Positions 8,654 through 17,801 of a DNA stretch of 64,000 nt are shown here, one piece after another (position 1 is the first letter of the stretch; every line of letters begins with the position of its first letter). The DNA comes from Lachnospiraceae bacterium (GTDB taxonomy: Bacteria > Bacillota > Clostridia > Lachnospirales > Lachnospiraceae). A program made the translations under genes and the position numbers. Location of the stretch: contig JAFSYI010000028.1 in assembly GCA_017450065.1 (NCBI GenBank), forward strand, positions 1,172-65,171. The letters are read 5' to 3'. Under the pieces are notes generated by a model, which saw only the letters and a list, made by a program, of their open reading frames with translations, was not told where the DNA came from and made no database searches.

Positions 8654-9937
8654 TTATCCTTCTAACAGTTTCTCAACGCTTACAAGCTTCACACACAGTA
8701 CGAACACCCTTGCCGCATCCTTCATCTCCTCAGTCGAGGGGAAAGTCGGAGCTATACGGATGTTTGAATCCCTTGGATCTTTCCCATACGGATATGTTGC
8801 GCCGGCACCGGTGAGTGTAACTCCAAGAGCTTTGCATCTTGCCACTATTTCCTTCGCGCAGCCATCCATTGCATCAAATGAAATGAAATACCCTCCCTTG
8901 GGCTTAACCCAGCTTCCGATATTCAGTCCCGTCAGCTCTTTCTCAAGAGTATCCGTAACTGCTGCAAACTTCGGTCTGAGAAGCTCTCCATGCTTCTTCA
9001 TATGAGCCTTGAGTCCGTCAATATCCTTAAAGAACCTGACATGGCGCAGCTGGTTTATCTTGTCATGACCTATGGTCTGAACGCCCATCATCTTAAGGAT
9101 CCATTGAACATTGTCAATCGAAGAGGCAACCGCTGAAACACCGGAACCCGGGAAGCTTATCTTCGATGTTGACGCAAAGATAAATACCATGTCCGGATTA
9201 CCGGCTTTCTTACACTCATCCAGGATATTAAGTATCTCATCCTGATCGTCATCATAAAGGTGATGAACACAATAAGCATTATCCCAATATATACGGAAAT
9301 CATCCGCAGCGGGCTTAAGATTTGCAAACCTTCTTACGGTTTCATCCGAATAAGAGATGCCTGTGGGGTTACTGTATTTCGGCACACACCATATACCCTT
9401 TACCGCAGGATCATTATTGACATACTCTTCAACCATATCCATATCGGGACCTGTCTCAGACAGAGGTATATTGATCATCTCGATACCGAACTGCTCTGTT
9501 ATCTTAAAATGCCTGTCATATCCCGGAACAGGGCAGAGGAACTTCACCTTGTCAAGCTTATGCCATGGAGTGCCGCCTTTAACTCCGAAACAGAAAGATC
9601 TTGCAATCATATCATACATAAGATTAAGGCTTGAATTACCGCCTACTATGACATTGTCCTTCTCAACCTCCATCATATCAGCCATAAGACGCCTGCATTC
9701 GCCTATGCCGTCAAGATCGCCGTAATTACGTGTATCTGTTCCAAGCAGGGTGTGCATATCAGACCCGCTGTTCATAACATCAAGCATCGGCATGGCGATC
9801 TCAAGCTGTGACAGTCCCGGCTTACCGCGTGCCATATTAAGCTTAAGCCCCTTGGCCTCCTCTTCCTTATACTGTTTTTCAAGCTCTTCCTTTAACGAAA
9901 GCAGCTCTTCTCTGGTCATTTCCCTGTATGCTTTCAT
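8654..9937 (-). CDS. PLP-dependent aminotransferase (class I/II fold, putative aspartate-type, PF12897-like)
   Basis: LNMARGKPGLSQLEI... and STSKISFPGSGV (PLP-lysine region). Probable start is MKAYREM at 9937, 8 nt after AGGAGAG. Confidence 0.75.
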   Translation of the reverse strand: MKAYREMTREELLSLKEELEKQYKEEEAKGLKLNMARGKPGLSQLEIAMPMLDVMNSGSDMHTLLGTDTRNYGDLDGIGECRRLMADMMEVEKDNVIVGGNSSLNLMYDMIARSFCFGVKGGTPWHKLDKVKFLCPVPGYDRHFKITEQFGIEMINIPLSETGPDMDMVEEYVNNDPAVKGIWCVPKYSNPTGISYSDETVRRFANLKPAADDFRIYWDNAYCVHHLYDDDQDEILNILDECKKAGNPDMVFIFASTSKISFPGSGVSAVASSIDNVQWILKMMGVQTIGHDKINQLRHVRFFKDIDGLKAHMKKHGELLRPKFAAVTDTLEKELTGLNIGSWVKPKGGYFISFDAMDGCAKEIVARCKALGVTLTGAGATYPYGKDPRDSNIRIAPTFPSTEEMKDAARVFVLCVKLVSVEKLLEG

Positions 9938-10119
9938 TTTCATCTCTCCTGATGCCGTTTTCTGTTTCATAATCAGCTACACTACCATTTAGGATCTGAT
10001 CTTATCTTAAACTTTATGAATCTTATCACATTTTTTTATGCATATCAACCTTATGTCTGACCCTTATATTCAGGCATCATCACATATTCAGCATCATCCG
10101 TGCTTTATCAGACGTCCGG

Positions 10120-11079
10120 TTACGGATTAACAATACACCTGTCTTCTCCGTTCAGATATGCCTTTATATTAAGATATACCTCCTGCATCAGCCTGTTCCT
10201 TGCTTCTACGGTCGCCCATGCTATATGCGGAGTTACAAGAAGCCTTCGGTCATCGCTCAGCTCTCTTAGCGGGCTGTCCTTCCTCATTGGCTCTCCATCG
10301 ATCACATCCAGAGCCGCTCCGGCTATTTTCCCGCCCTTTATTGCTCTTACCAGTGCCTTTTCATCCACGATCGGACCTCTTCCCATGTTTATAAGATATG
10401 CCGTGTCCTTCATCTTATCGAAGGTCTCATCCGAGAACAGCCCTCTTGTATTGTCATTAAGCGGTGCGTGTATCGATATTATATCCGATTCCTTAAGGAA
10501 ATCATCCCACGAAAGCCTTGTGAATCCTTCTTCATCATGATTCCCGCTTGTGGAATAATAAACCACCCTGCAGCCGAATGCGGAAGCCACACTTGCAATC
10601 CTTCTTCCTATATTTCCAAGGCCGGTGATACCGAAGGTCTTACCGGACAGCTCATTAAAGTGCTCTTCGAAATGGGTAAATACCGGTGAATCACAGTATT
10701 TCCCATCCTTCACATAATCATCATAATACCTTAGCTTCTCATACAGATAGAATAATGATGCAAAGGTATGCTGAACGACACTTTCTGTGGAATATCCTTT
10801 AGCATTGCTAACCTTAATCCCCCGGCTTCTGCAATAGTCAATATCCACATTGTCGTATCCCGTTGCAGTTACACAGACAAGCTTAAGTCTCTTAAGATCT
10901 CCTATTGTGCTTTCGTTGATCGGAAGCTTATTGATTATAAGAATCTCTGTATCTTTTGCTCTTTCCGCTATCTCAGAAACCTTAGTCGTCTGATACGAGG
11001 TAAAATCACCCAGCCCCTCAAACTCGGACAGATCAATGTCCGATCCCACATTCAGTATTTCCAGCGCTGTAATTTTCAT
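10120..11079 (-). CDS. D-isomer-specific 2-hydroxyacid dehydrogenase (glycerate/hydroxypyruvate reductase-like)
   Basis: NAD-binding motif GITGLGNIGRRIA. C-terminus has LLVTPHIAWAT with the catalytic His. Confidence 0.85.
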   Translation of the reverse strand: MKITALEILNVGSDIDLSEFEGLGDFTSYQTTKVSEIAERAKDTEILIINKLPINESTIGDLKRLKLVCVTATGYDNVDIDYCRSRGIKVSNAKGYSTESVVQHTFASLFYLYEKLRYYDDYVKDGKYCDSPVFTHFEEHFNELSGKTFGITGLGNIGRRIASVASAFGCRVVYYSTSGNHDEEGFTRLSWDDFLKESDIISIHAPLNDNTRGLFSDETFDKMKDTAYLINMGRGPIVDEKALVRAIKGGKIAGAALDVIDGEPMRKDSPLRELSDDRRLLVTPHIAWATVEARNRLMQEVYLNIKAYLNGEDRCIVNP

Positions 11080-11158
11080 CTGTTATTCCTCAGCCCTTTC
11101 CGTTATCCGCTTTAATCTGTTTACCTTATCTGCTTATGGACTCATCCGGCGGCTGTCT

Positions 11159-12586
11159 TCAGAAGCCTGTACCCGATGCTGTCATTAAAAAAGCAAACGC
11201 AACCAGCCACCATATGATGAACAGAGGGAAGAGATATCTTACCCACTTGCCAAACGGAACCCTGCAGATCGCAAGAGCAGCCAGTATCTCTCCGCCGGTG
11301 GGAGCCATTATATTGGTAAATGCGTCCCCAAGCTGATATGCAAGAACAGCTGTCTGTCTTGTCATTCCGGCCTTGTCCGCAAGAGCGACCATAAGAGGCG
11401 TGGTTATCGCAGCCTGAGCAGAACCCGAAGGTACTATTACATTAAAGAGTTCATGGAAAATAAACATCCCTATCGGCAGAGCCCGGCCCGGAAGCTCCTG
11501 AAGCGTACCGGTCATCGCATGAAGCACCGTATCCATAACATTGGCCCCGCTCAAAACCACTATTGCGGCATTCGCAAGACCTATCATAATACAGGGAAGC
11601 ATCATATCCTTGCAGCCCCTGATGAAAAACTCACACATATTTTTAGGCCTCAGTCCTCCGACTGCACCGCCTATGATCCCTACCGCAAGAAAGATTCCAG
11701 CAAGCTCATCCACGTAATATCCCCATTTTATCATGCCAAAAACCGAGAAGATCATTCCCAGAAGAAATACGATAAGAGCATATATCTGACGATTTGTAAG
11801 CTTTCCGACATTATCGAGCTTTATTTTCTTTCCTTTATTGAATTCCTCATCATAAAGATAAGATCCGCTGAATTTCGGATTCACCTTAACCATATGTGCA
11901 AGCCACATGACATATGCGATGGATACGGCCTCAAGACAGATGAACATTACTATCCTCAGTCCCATTCCCGAAAACAGCGGGAGACCGGCTATCTTCTGTG
12001 CCGTTCCTTCAGTGAAAGCATTTGTTATCGAGCCTGCATAACCTGCCGTTGCTGCAATGAAAATAATGCCTACGGCAGTGAGCGAATCGAAACCGACCGT
12101 AATACAGCATGCCAGCACAAGCGGAACAAATACAAGAAATTCCTCGAAGTTACCACAGAATGCCGAACCGCATCCGAAAGGAATCATCAATATCGGTATC
12201 AGCAGGATTTCCCTGCCCTTTAGCCGTTTCAGAACATTGGCCATCCCGACGTTAAGTGCACCCGTCCCGTTTATTATCGCAAACATGCCTCCGATGATAA
12301 GAAGGAAAAATATTATGCCTGCTGCCTCCTGCATCCCGAGAGTAAGCGATTCGAGCACAACAAGCAGATTTACCGGTGTTTTCTCGACATAACGGAAGCT
12401 GTCCGGAACAACTATCTCCCTTCCGGTCTCTTCGGATTCCACCCTCTCATACTGACCGGCCGGAATAATAAATGACATAAAAGCACACACAACCACCACT
12501 ATAACCATTAGCAGCATCGGATGAAGTGTGTCTGTTTTCTTAATACTTTCGTTCTCCCTTTCAATATTCTGAAAAAGCTTTAACAC
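11159..12586 (-). CDS. YfcC/DcuC-type anaerobic carrier family membrane transporter
   Basis: 475 aa with more than 10 TM segments. GTG start lies after GGGAGG. Overall resemblance to YfcC-family (PF03606) proteins. Confidence 0.7.
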   Translation of the reverse strand: MLKLFQNIERENESIKKTDTLHPMLLMVIVVVVCAFMSFIIPAGQYERVESEETGREIVVPDSFRYVEKTPVNLLVVLESLTLGMQEAAGIIFFLLIIGGMFAIINGTGALNVGMANVLKRLKGREILLIPILMIPFGCGSAFCGNFEEFLVFVPLVLACCITVGFDSLTAVGIIFIAATAGYAGSITNAFTEGTAQKIAGLPLFSGMGLRIVMFICLEAVSIAYVMWLAHMVKVNPKFSGSYLYDEEFNKGKKIKLDNVGKLTNRQIYALIVFLLGMIFSVFGMIKWGYYVDELAGIFLAVGIIGGAVGGLRPKNMCEFFIRGCKDMMLPCIMIGLANAAIVVLSGANVMDTVLHAMTGTLQELPGRALPIGMFIFHELFNVIVPSGSAQAAITTPLMVALADKAGMTRQTAVLAYQLGDAFTNIMAPTGGEILAALAICRVPFGKWVRYLFPLFIIWWLVAFAFLMTASGTGF

Positions 12587-12673
12587 CCTGATACCTCCCG
12601 TGTAAATGTCATACAGTATATTTTAACCTAAATGCTCCTGTAATTCAACATAGACGGTATGAAGAAATTCGGT

Positions 12674-12716
12674 CAAAAAGAATAACCAGGGGCGTCTTTC
12701 GACGCCCCTGGTTATT
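12674..12716 (-). terminator. Rho-independent terminator of the DUF4867/FucI-family operon
   Basis: Perfect 16-bp stem (12681-12696 pairs with 12701-12716) with a 4-nt loop, followed on the minus strand by CTTTTT. Confidence 0.85.
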
Positions 12717-12799
12717 ACTTCGCGGTACCCCTTATGACGAATACCCACCATCAAGCAAGCTTGTGGTGTTGACAGGCTTTTGACCCTTTAATCATGATA

Positions 12800-14287
12800 T
12801 TACTTAAAAGGGTTCTCGGTAGGATAAGGAAGTGATGCCGGCTGATTGTAACCGATCTCATCAACCTTAACGCCGATGTACTTAAATACCTCGAACAGTG
12901 CCTTTCCGAAATGTCCGAAAGCAACTGCTCCGTGATGAGGATAATTCTTCTCAATAAGAACATGACGGTAGAAACGTCCCATCTCAGGTATAGCGAATAC
13001 ACCGATACCACCGAAGGATCTTGTTGCTACAGGAAGAACCTCGCCTTCTGCCACATATGCGCGAAGGATCGAATCAGCTGTTGACTGCAGTCTGTAGAAG
13101 GTAACAGGTCCGGGAACGATATCGCCTTCAAGTGTTCCGTTTGTAACCTCAACAGGAAGTGAACGTGCCATGATAGCCTGATTCTTCATCTCGCAGCTTG
13201 TAAGCTTCTTGGAGCAGGTATTTCCGCAATGGAAGCCCATGAATGTATCTGTATGCTTGTAATCGAACTTACCCTTGATGCTGTCGTCATACATGCACTT
13301 GGGAACTGAGTTGTTGATATCAAGAAGAGTAACGATATCATCACTTACACAGGTTCCGATATACTCGCTTAAGCAGCCGTAGATATCAACCTCGCAGGAT
13401 ACGGGGATTCCGCGTCCCGTAAGACGTGAATTAACATAGCAGGGAACGAATCCGAACTGGGTCTGGAATGCCGGCCAGCACTTACCTGCGATTGCAACGA
13501 ATTCCTTGGATCCCTTATGTGCTTCGATCCAGTCAACAAGAGTAAGCTCATACTGAGCAAGCTTGTTAAGAACCTCGGGCTTCTTGTTTCCTGCGCCAAG
13601 CTCCTCTGCCATTTCCTTGGCAACATCAGCGATCCTCTTGTCATCTGCATGATTGTTAAATGACTCGAACAGATCAAGCTCTGAATTCTCCTCAATCTCA
13701 ACACCAAGGTTGTAAAGCTGCTTGATAGGTGCATTACAAGCCAGGAAGTTAAGAGGTCTGGGACCGAATGATATGATCTTTAAGTTCTGGAGTGCATATA
13801 CGGCACGTGCGATCGGTACAAAATCATGGATCATGTCAGCGCAATCCTCAGCATCGCCTACGGGATACTCGGGAATATAAGCCTTAACATTACGAAGAGC
13901 CAGATTGTAGCTTGCATTGAGCATACCGCAGTAAGCATCGCCACGTCCGGAAGTCGTTACAGAGTCATAATCCTCCTCTGCGGCTGCACAGAACATCTTG
14001 GGACCGCAGAACTGCTGAGCCAGCATTGTCTCGGAAATCTCGGGACCGAAGTTGCCAAGATATACGCACAGTGCGTTACATCCTGCCTTCTTGATATCCT
14101 CAAGAGCCTGCTGCATATGGATCTCGCTCTCAATGATGGTAACCGGGCACTCATAAATATCAGCTGCATCATACTTCTTAGCGTATGCATCTGCAAGAGC
14201 CTTTCTTCTTCTGATGGTAAGCTCAGCAGGGAAACAGTCACGGCTGACGCCAACGATACCGATCTTCACTTTAGGTGTGTTGTTCAT
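12800..14287 (-). CDS. L-fucose/L-arabinose isomerase family protein (COG2407-like), substrate unknown
   Basis: 495 aa. N-terminus KIGIVGVSRDCFP... and overall composition match the FucI-like family. AAAGGAGAAG RBS. Confidence 0.75.
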   Translation of the reverse strand: MNNTPKVKIGIVGVSRDCFPAELTIRRRKALADAYAKKYDAADIYECPVTIIESEIHMQQALEDIKKAGCNALCVYLGNFGPEISETMLAQQFCGPKMFCAAAEEDYDSVTTSGRGDAYCGMLNASYNLALRNVKAYIPEYPVGDAEDCADMIHDFVPIARAVYALQNLKIISFGPRPLNFLACNAPIKQLYNLGVEIEENSELDLFESFNNHADDKRIADVAKEMAEELGAGNKKPEVLNKLAQYELTLVDWIEAHKGSKEFVAIAGKCWPAFQTQFGFVPCYVNSRLTGRGIPVSCEVDIYGCLSEYIGTCVSDDIVTLLDINNSVPKCMYDDSIKGKFDYKHTDTFMGFHCGNTCSKKLTSCEMKNQAIMARSLPVEVTNGTLEGDIVPGPVTFYRLQSTADSILRAYVAEGEVLPVATRSFGGIGVFAIPEMGRFYRHVLIEKNYPHHGAVAFGHFGKALFEVFKYIGVKVDEIGYNQPASLPYPTENPFK

Positions 14288-14427
14288 TTTTTCTTCTCCT
14301 TTTCATAGTTGGTGTTTTTTCACTGTTAACATCAAAACAGCCTGATATCAATGTTTTGATGCTGGATTTTGTTTAATTGGTAATTCTCTTTATAACTGTC
14401 GGCCATTATCGATATCTGAATGTATTA

Positions 14428-15051
14428 TCATTCATCAACATTTATGTTCTTGCCAACCAGTCCGTTGAACGCTCCGTCTATCTTAGCATCCGGATGACCT
14501 ATAAGCCATTTATTCCTTGCAAACAACAGCTTGTCCTCAGGTGTTGCCTCTGCCTTGAAATCAAGATCCGTATTTGTGCCTTTGGGAAGTACAACCACGC
14601 ATCTGAACTTGTTACCCTCATAATTGCACGGTGCATAGTGAAGAGTAGTCGCATAGCATTCAACAGCCGTACCTGCAGGTATATGGAAAGCTACTATCTT
14701 AGATGTATCATAAGTAAAATCATCTGTTATGTCGGATTCGCTTCCCCATAACATGATCAGATCGGTAACAGCTACGTTTATCTCCGAATCCCTGTGGTAC
14801 TCAACTGCATTAAGCATCACGTTGTCGCCGTTACAGAAGCCGATCTGGACCGGCATCCCGCCATACAGGCTCTCTGCCACCTGCTTAGCCTCAGGTGCTG
14901 CTTCAAGCTCAGGCTGTGAAGGAACATATACAACCTCACCGTCGGGGCATGGCATATTTCCCATTTCCCTGATGATATTTGAGAAATCAATTCCGGTAAT
15001 GACTTTACCGTATTTCCTGAATTCAGGATCGTTAACACTCAGAATTTTCAC
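14428..15051 (-). CDS. DUF4867-family protein (cupin-like)
   Basis: 207 aa starting MKILSVNDPEFRKYGKVI..., recognised from memory as DUF4867. GTG start lies after AAAGGAGA. Confidence 0.55.
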   Translation of the reverse strand: MKILSVNDPEFRKYGKVITGIDFSNIIREMGNMPCPDGEVVYVPSQPELEAAPEAKQVAESLYGGMPVQIGFCNGDNVMLNAVEYHRDSEINVAVTDLIMLWGSESDITDDFTYDTSKIVAFHIPAGTAVECYATTLHYAPCNYEGNKFRCVVVLPKGTNTDLDFKAEATPEDKLLFARNKWLIGHPDAKIDGAFNGLVGKNINVDE

Positions 15052-15102
15052 TTAATTATCTCCTTTCTTCTAAGGAATTCCCCTCTTTTAGGAACCCCTC
15101 CA

Positions 15103-15131
15103 AATATTAGTTTAATAACTAAACTAATTCA
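15103..15131 (-). promoter_or_regulatory. Promoter overlapped by a TTAGTTT...AAACTAA palindrome (XylR-type operator candidate)
   Basis: On the minus strand: TTGAAT (15131-15126), 17-nt spacer, TAATAT (15108-15103). The palindrome ATTAGTTTA-ataac-TAAACTAAT (15105-15127) fills the spacer. Confidence 0.5.
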
Positions 15132-15164
15132 ATAAAATAATGCTAACACCGGTATACGGTGTTA
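15131..15164 (-). terminator. Terminator after the DegT-family gene
   Basis: Stem CTAACACCG (15142-15150) pairs with CGGTGTTAG (15156-15164), followed on the minus strand by ATTATTTTAT. Confidence 0.6.
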
Positions 15165-15171
15165 GTCAATA

Positions 15172-16284
15172 CTAACCACATACACACTCTTTTATTATAC
15201 TGCAGATCCTGTCAACCTCTTTAAGCTCAAGCTCAGGATAAACCGGCAGGGTAAGCACACTTTCACTGATATATCTTGCCACCGGCGTATCATTATTGTC
15301 AAAGCGGCCTTTATAGCAGGTAAAATCATTGGTCGCAGGATAGAAATACTTACGCGCCATTATACCGTTTTCATACAGCTTTTCAAACACCTGGTCTCTG
15401 TCGGTCCCAAAGCTCTTTTTGTCAAACACTACCGGATAATAAGCGTAATTGCTCTTCACTTCCTTAGGAATCCTGTTAAGCTTAAGTCCCTTTATCCCTT
15501 CAAGATTCTCATCATATCTAACGCATACCTTCTTACGGGCACTGATATATTCTTCAATATGGCGCAGATTGCACAGCCCCATTGCCGCACAGAATTCATT
15601 CATCTTGGCATTGGCTCCGATGGCACTTACCTCTTCCGGTCCGTGAATACCGAAATCCTTAAGGTCGTATATCCTTTCACCCACTTCATCATCCCTGTAG
15701 CACACACAGCCGCCCTCTATCGAATTAAATACCTTGGTGGCATGGAATGAAAAGCAGGAAGCATCACCAAAGCAGGCCACTCCCCTGCCTTTATAGGTCT
15801 CGCCAAAGGTATGGGCTGCATCATATATAACCTTAAGGCCATGTCTTTTGGCAAAATCGTCTATAGCCTCTATATTGCATATATTTCCATACACATGAAC
15901 AGGAAGGATTGCACAGGTTTTTGATGTCAGCAGCGACGCAAGCCGGTCCGGATCGATGGTATAGTCATCCGGATTGATATCGCAAAAAACAGGCATGAGG
16001 CCGCTCCTTACTATTGCATGGGTAGTCGACGCAAAGGTAAAAGGCGTAGTAATGACCTCTCCCCTTAAGCCCATGGCCTGAAGAGTCATCTCAATAGCCA
16101 TATGCCCGTTAACAACCAGCTCGACATTGTCCGTCTTAAGATACCTGACAAGCTCTTTTTGGAGAAGATTGTGCTTCGGTCCCATGTTTGTAAGCCAGTG
16201 TGAATCCCACATTGACTTTATCTCCTCCATATATTCTTCCATCGGGGGCATACTGGCCCGTGTTACCATTATTTTACTCTTCAT
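15172..16284 (-). CDS. DegT/DnrJ/EryC1/StrS-family PLP-dependent sugar aminotransferase
   Basis: About 370 aa. Contains FSFHATKVF (PLP-lysine motif), and the N-terminus is typical of the family. The ATG at 16284 has better AAGGGA spacing than the one at 16290. Confidence 0.85.
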   Translation of the reverse strand: MKSKIMVTRASMPPMEEYMEEIKSMWDSHWLTNMGPKHNLLQKELVRYLKTDNVELVVNGHMAIEMTLQAMGLRGEVITTPFTFASTTHAIVRSGLMPVFCDINPDDYTIDPDRLASLLTSKTCAILPVHVYGNICNIEAIDDFAKRHGLKVIYDAAHTFGETYKGRGVACFGDASCFSFHATKVFNSIEGGCVCYRDDEVGERIYDLKDFGIHGPEEVSAIGANAKMNEFCAAMGLCNLRHIEEYISARKKVCVRYDENLEGIKGLKLNRIPKEVKSNYAYYPVVFDKKSFGTDRDQVFEKLYENGIMARKYFYPATNDFTCYKGRFDNNDTPVARYISESVLTLPVYPELELKEVDRICSIIKECVCG

Positions 16285-16429
16285 AAACATTCCCTTACTT
16301 ATTCCGGCCGCGGATTTTCTTATAATATATCCTTCCCCTGCAGGAAGGTTGTATCTGAATCATTATAATACTTATCTATTATTTTATAAAGAGGCCGGAG
16401 CATAAGGATATTTTTTTGTCCCGTCCCAA

Positions 16430-16454
16430 TTAGTTTACTTATTAAACAAATTAG
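16430..16454. promoter_or_regulatory. 25-bp XylR-type operator overlapping the promoter of the ROK regulator gene
   Basis: TTAGTTTACTTATTAAACAAATTAG matches 19 of 25 positions of the B. subtilis xylO as I remember it (TTAGTTTATTGGATAAACAAACTAA). It overlaps TTTACT (16434-16439), a 17-nt spacer and TATACT (16457-16462). Confidence 0.5.
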
Positions 16455-16497
16455 TATATACTGTTTATATTCTATATGCAGAGAAAGGGATTCCCTC

Positions 16498-17703
16498 ATG
16501 GTTACCGGAAGCAAGGAAATGATAAGGGATATTAATTCACATCTGGTATTGGAGACCGTTCTTAATGACGGTCCCATATCACGTGCCGCCATTTCCGCAA
16601 AGCTCGGGCTGACCAAGGCAACCATCTCTGCGATAGTTGCCGATCTGATAGACAAGAAGCTTATAAGGGAAATAGGATCTGACGATACATCTCTCGGGCG
16701 CAAGCCGATACTGCTTGAATTCTGTAAAGAAAACGGCCATATAGTAAGCATTGATCTCGGTGTGGATTCCATCTCTGCCTTTACTTCCGATCTTAAGGGC
16801 AACGACTGCGGTCTTAAGCTGTTTCCCAACAATTACTCACGGGAAAACATCATAAGCGGTCTCATATACATAATAAACACCCGGATGGATGAGCTCAGTG
16901 AAACACCCTTTGGCGTCGTCGGTATCTGCATAGGCATACACGGAGTAACATTTAATGACGAAATAACCTTTGCGCCCTACTATGACTACGTGGGGCTGCC
17001 GATAGCAAAGCGCCTGTCTGAGCATTTCGGAATCCCGGTAATACTTGAGAATGAAGCCAACCTGTCTGTCATAGGCGAAAAAAGCTTCTGCTTCAATGTA
17101 CCCAATATGATCGGCTTAAGCGTACACGCCGGAGTAGGAGTCGGTATACTTATTGACAATAAGCTGTACAAAGGCTTCAACGGAAATGCCGGCGAATTCG
17201 GCCATACCATTATAAATACCAACGGACGCCCATGCCCCTGCGGCAATTGCGGATGCCTTGAACAGTATGCTTCGGAGCGTGCCATTTTAAATACATACTC
17301 ACAGCTCAAACGCTCATATACCACAGGTGCTTCGGACTCCGGAACAGGAGCGGAAAAACTGACGATCGACGATTTTATCGCCGCATATAATTCAGGGGAC
17401 TCCCTTGCCGTAAGCATGGTGGATGAATTCGTAAAATACATATCCATCGCGATAAATAACATCTTAAATATCTTCAACCCCGATGTGATAGTCATCAACT
17501 CTTCATTTACAATGTACATTCCGGATCTGCATGTAAGGATAACCGAACAGATAAAGAACCGTATGAACAAGTACTGTACCCTGGTCCCTTCCGGTCTCCA
17601 GGATATCTCCATCCTTCTTGGCGGAGCATGCCTTATAATAAAGAATTTCCTTGGCGTAACCTATCTTGCGGAGCACAGTGACGGTTCCTTTATCCCGACA
17701 TAG
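16498..17703 (+). CDS. ROK-family transcriptional repressor (XylR-like: N-terminal wHTH plus sugar-kinase-like domain)
   Basis: N-terminus has ISRAAISAKLGLTKATISAIVADLI (HTH). ROK zinc motif is GHTIINTNGRPCPCGNCGCLE. It sits next to xylB. Confidence 0.85.
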   Translation: MVTGSKEMIRDINSHLVLETVLNDGPISRAAISAKLGLTKATISAIVADLIDKKLIREIGSDDTSLGRKPILLEFCKENGHIVSIDLGVDSISAFTSDLKGNDCGLKLFPNNYSRENIISGLIYIINTRMDELSETPFGVVGICIGIHGVTFNDEITFAPYYDYVGLPIAKRLSEHFGIPVILENEANLSVIGEKSFCFNVPNMIGLSVHAGVGVGILIDNKLYKGFNGNAGEFGHTIINTNGRPCPCGNCGCLEQYASERAILNTYSQLKRSYTTGASDSGTGAEKLTIDDFIAAYNSGDSLAVSMVDEFVKYISIAINNILNIFNPDVIVINSSFTMYIPDLHVRITEQIKNRMNKYCTLVPSGLQDISILLGGACLIIKNFLGVTYLAEHSDGSFIPT

Positions 17704-17750
17704 GTACAGCATATCCTTCGGATGTCTCTAAACCGGCGGATTGAGCAGAA

Positions 17751-17777
17751 ACAGGGACGGGTTTTACCCGTCCCTGT
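17751..17777. terminator. Bidirectional terminator between the ROK regulator gene and xylB
   Basis: ACAGGGACGGG-tttta-CCCGTCCCTGT forms an 11-bp stem. T-rich sequence follows on the plus strand. Confidence 0.75.
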
Positions 17778-17801
17778 ATGTTTTCATTCTTTTTCTGCAG
17801 C

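Noticed and set aside
14328-14361. An intercistronic hairpin (CATCAAAACA...TGTTTTGATG) lies between the DUF4867 and FucI-family genes and could be an attenuator.
   Set aside because: It is a 10-bp AT-rich stem with no T-run and no recognisable leader peptide or antiterminator alternative. It may affect mRNA processing or stability, but the evidence is too thin to call.
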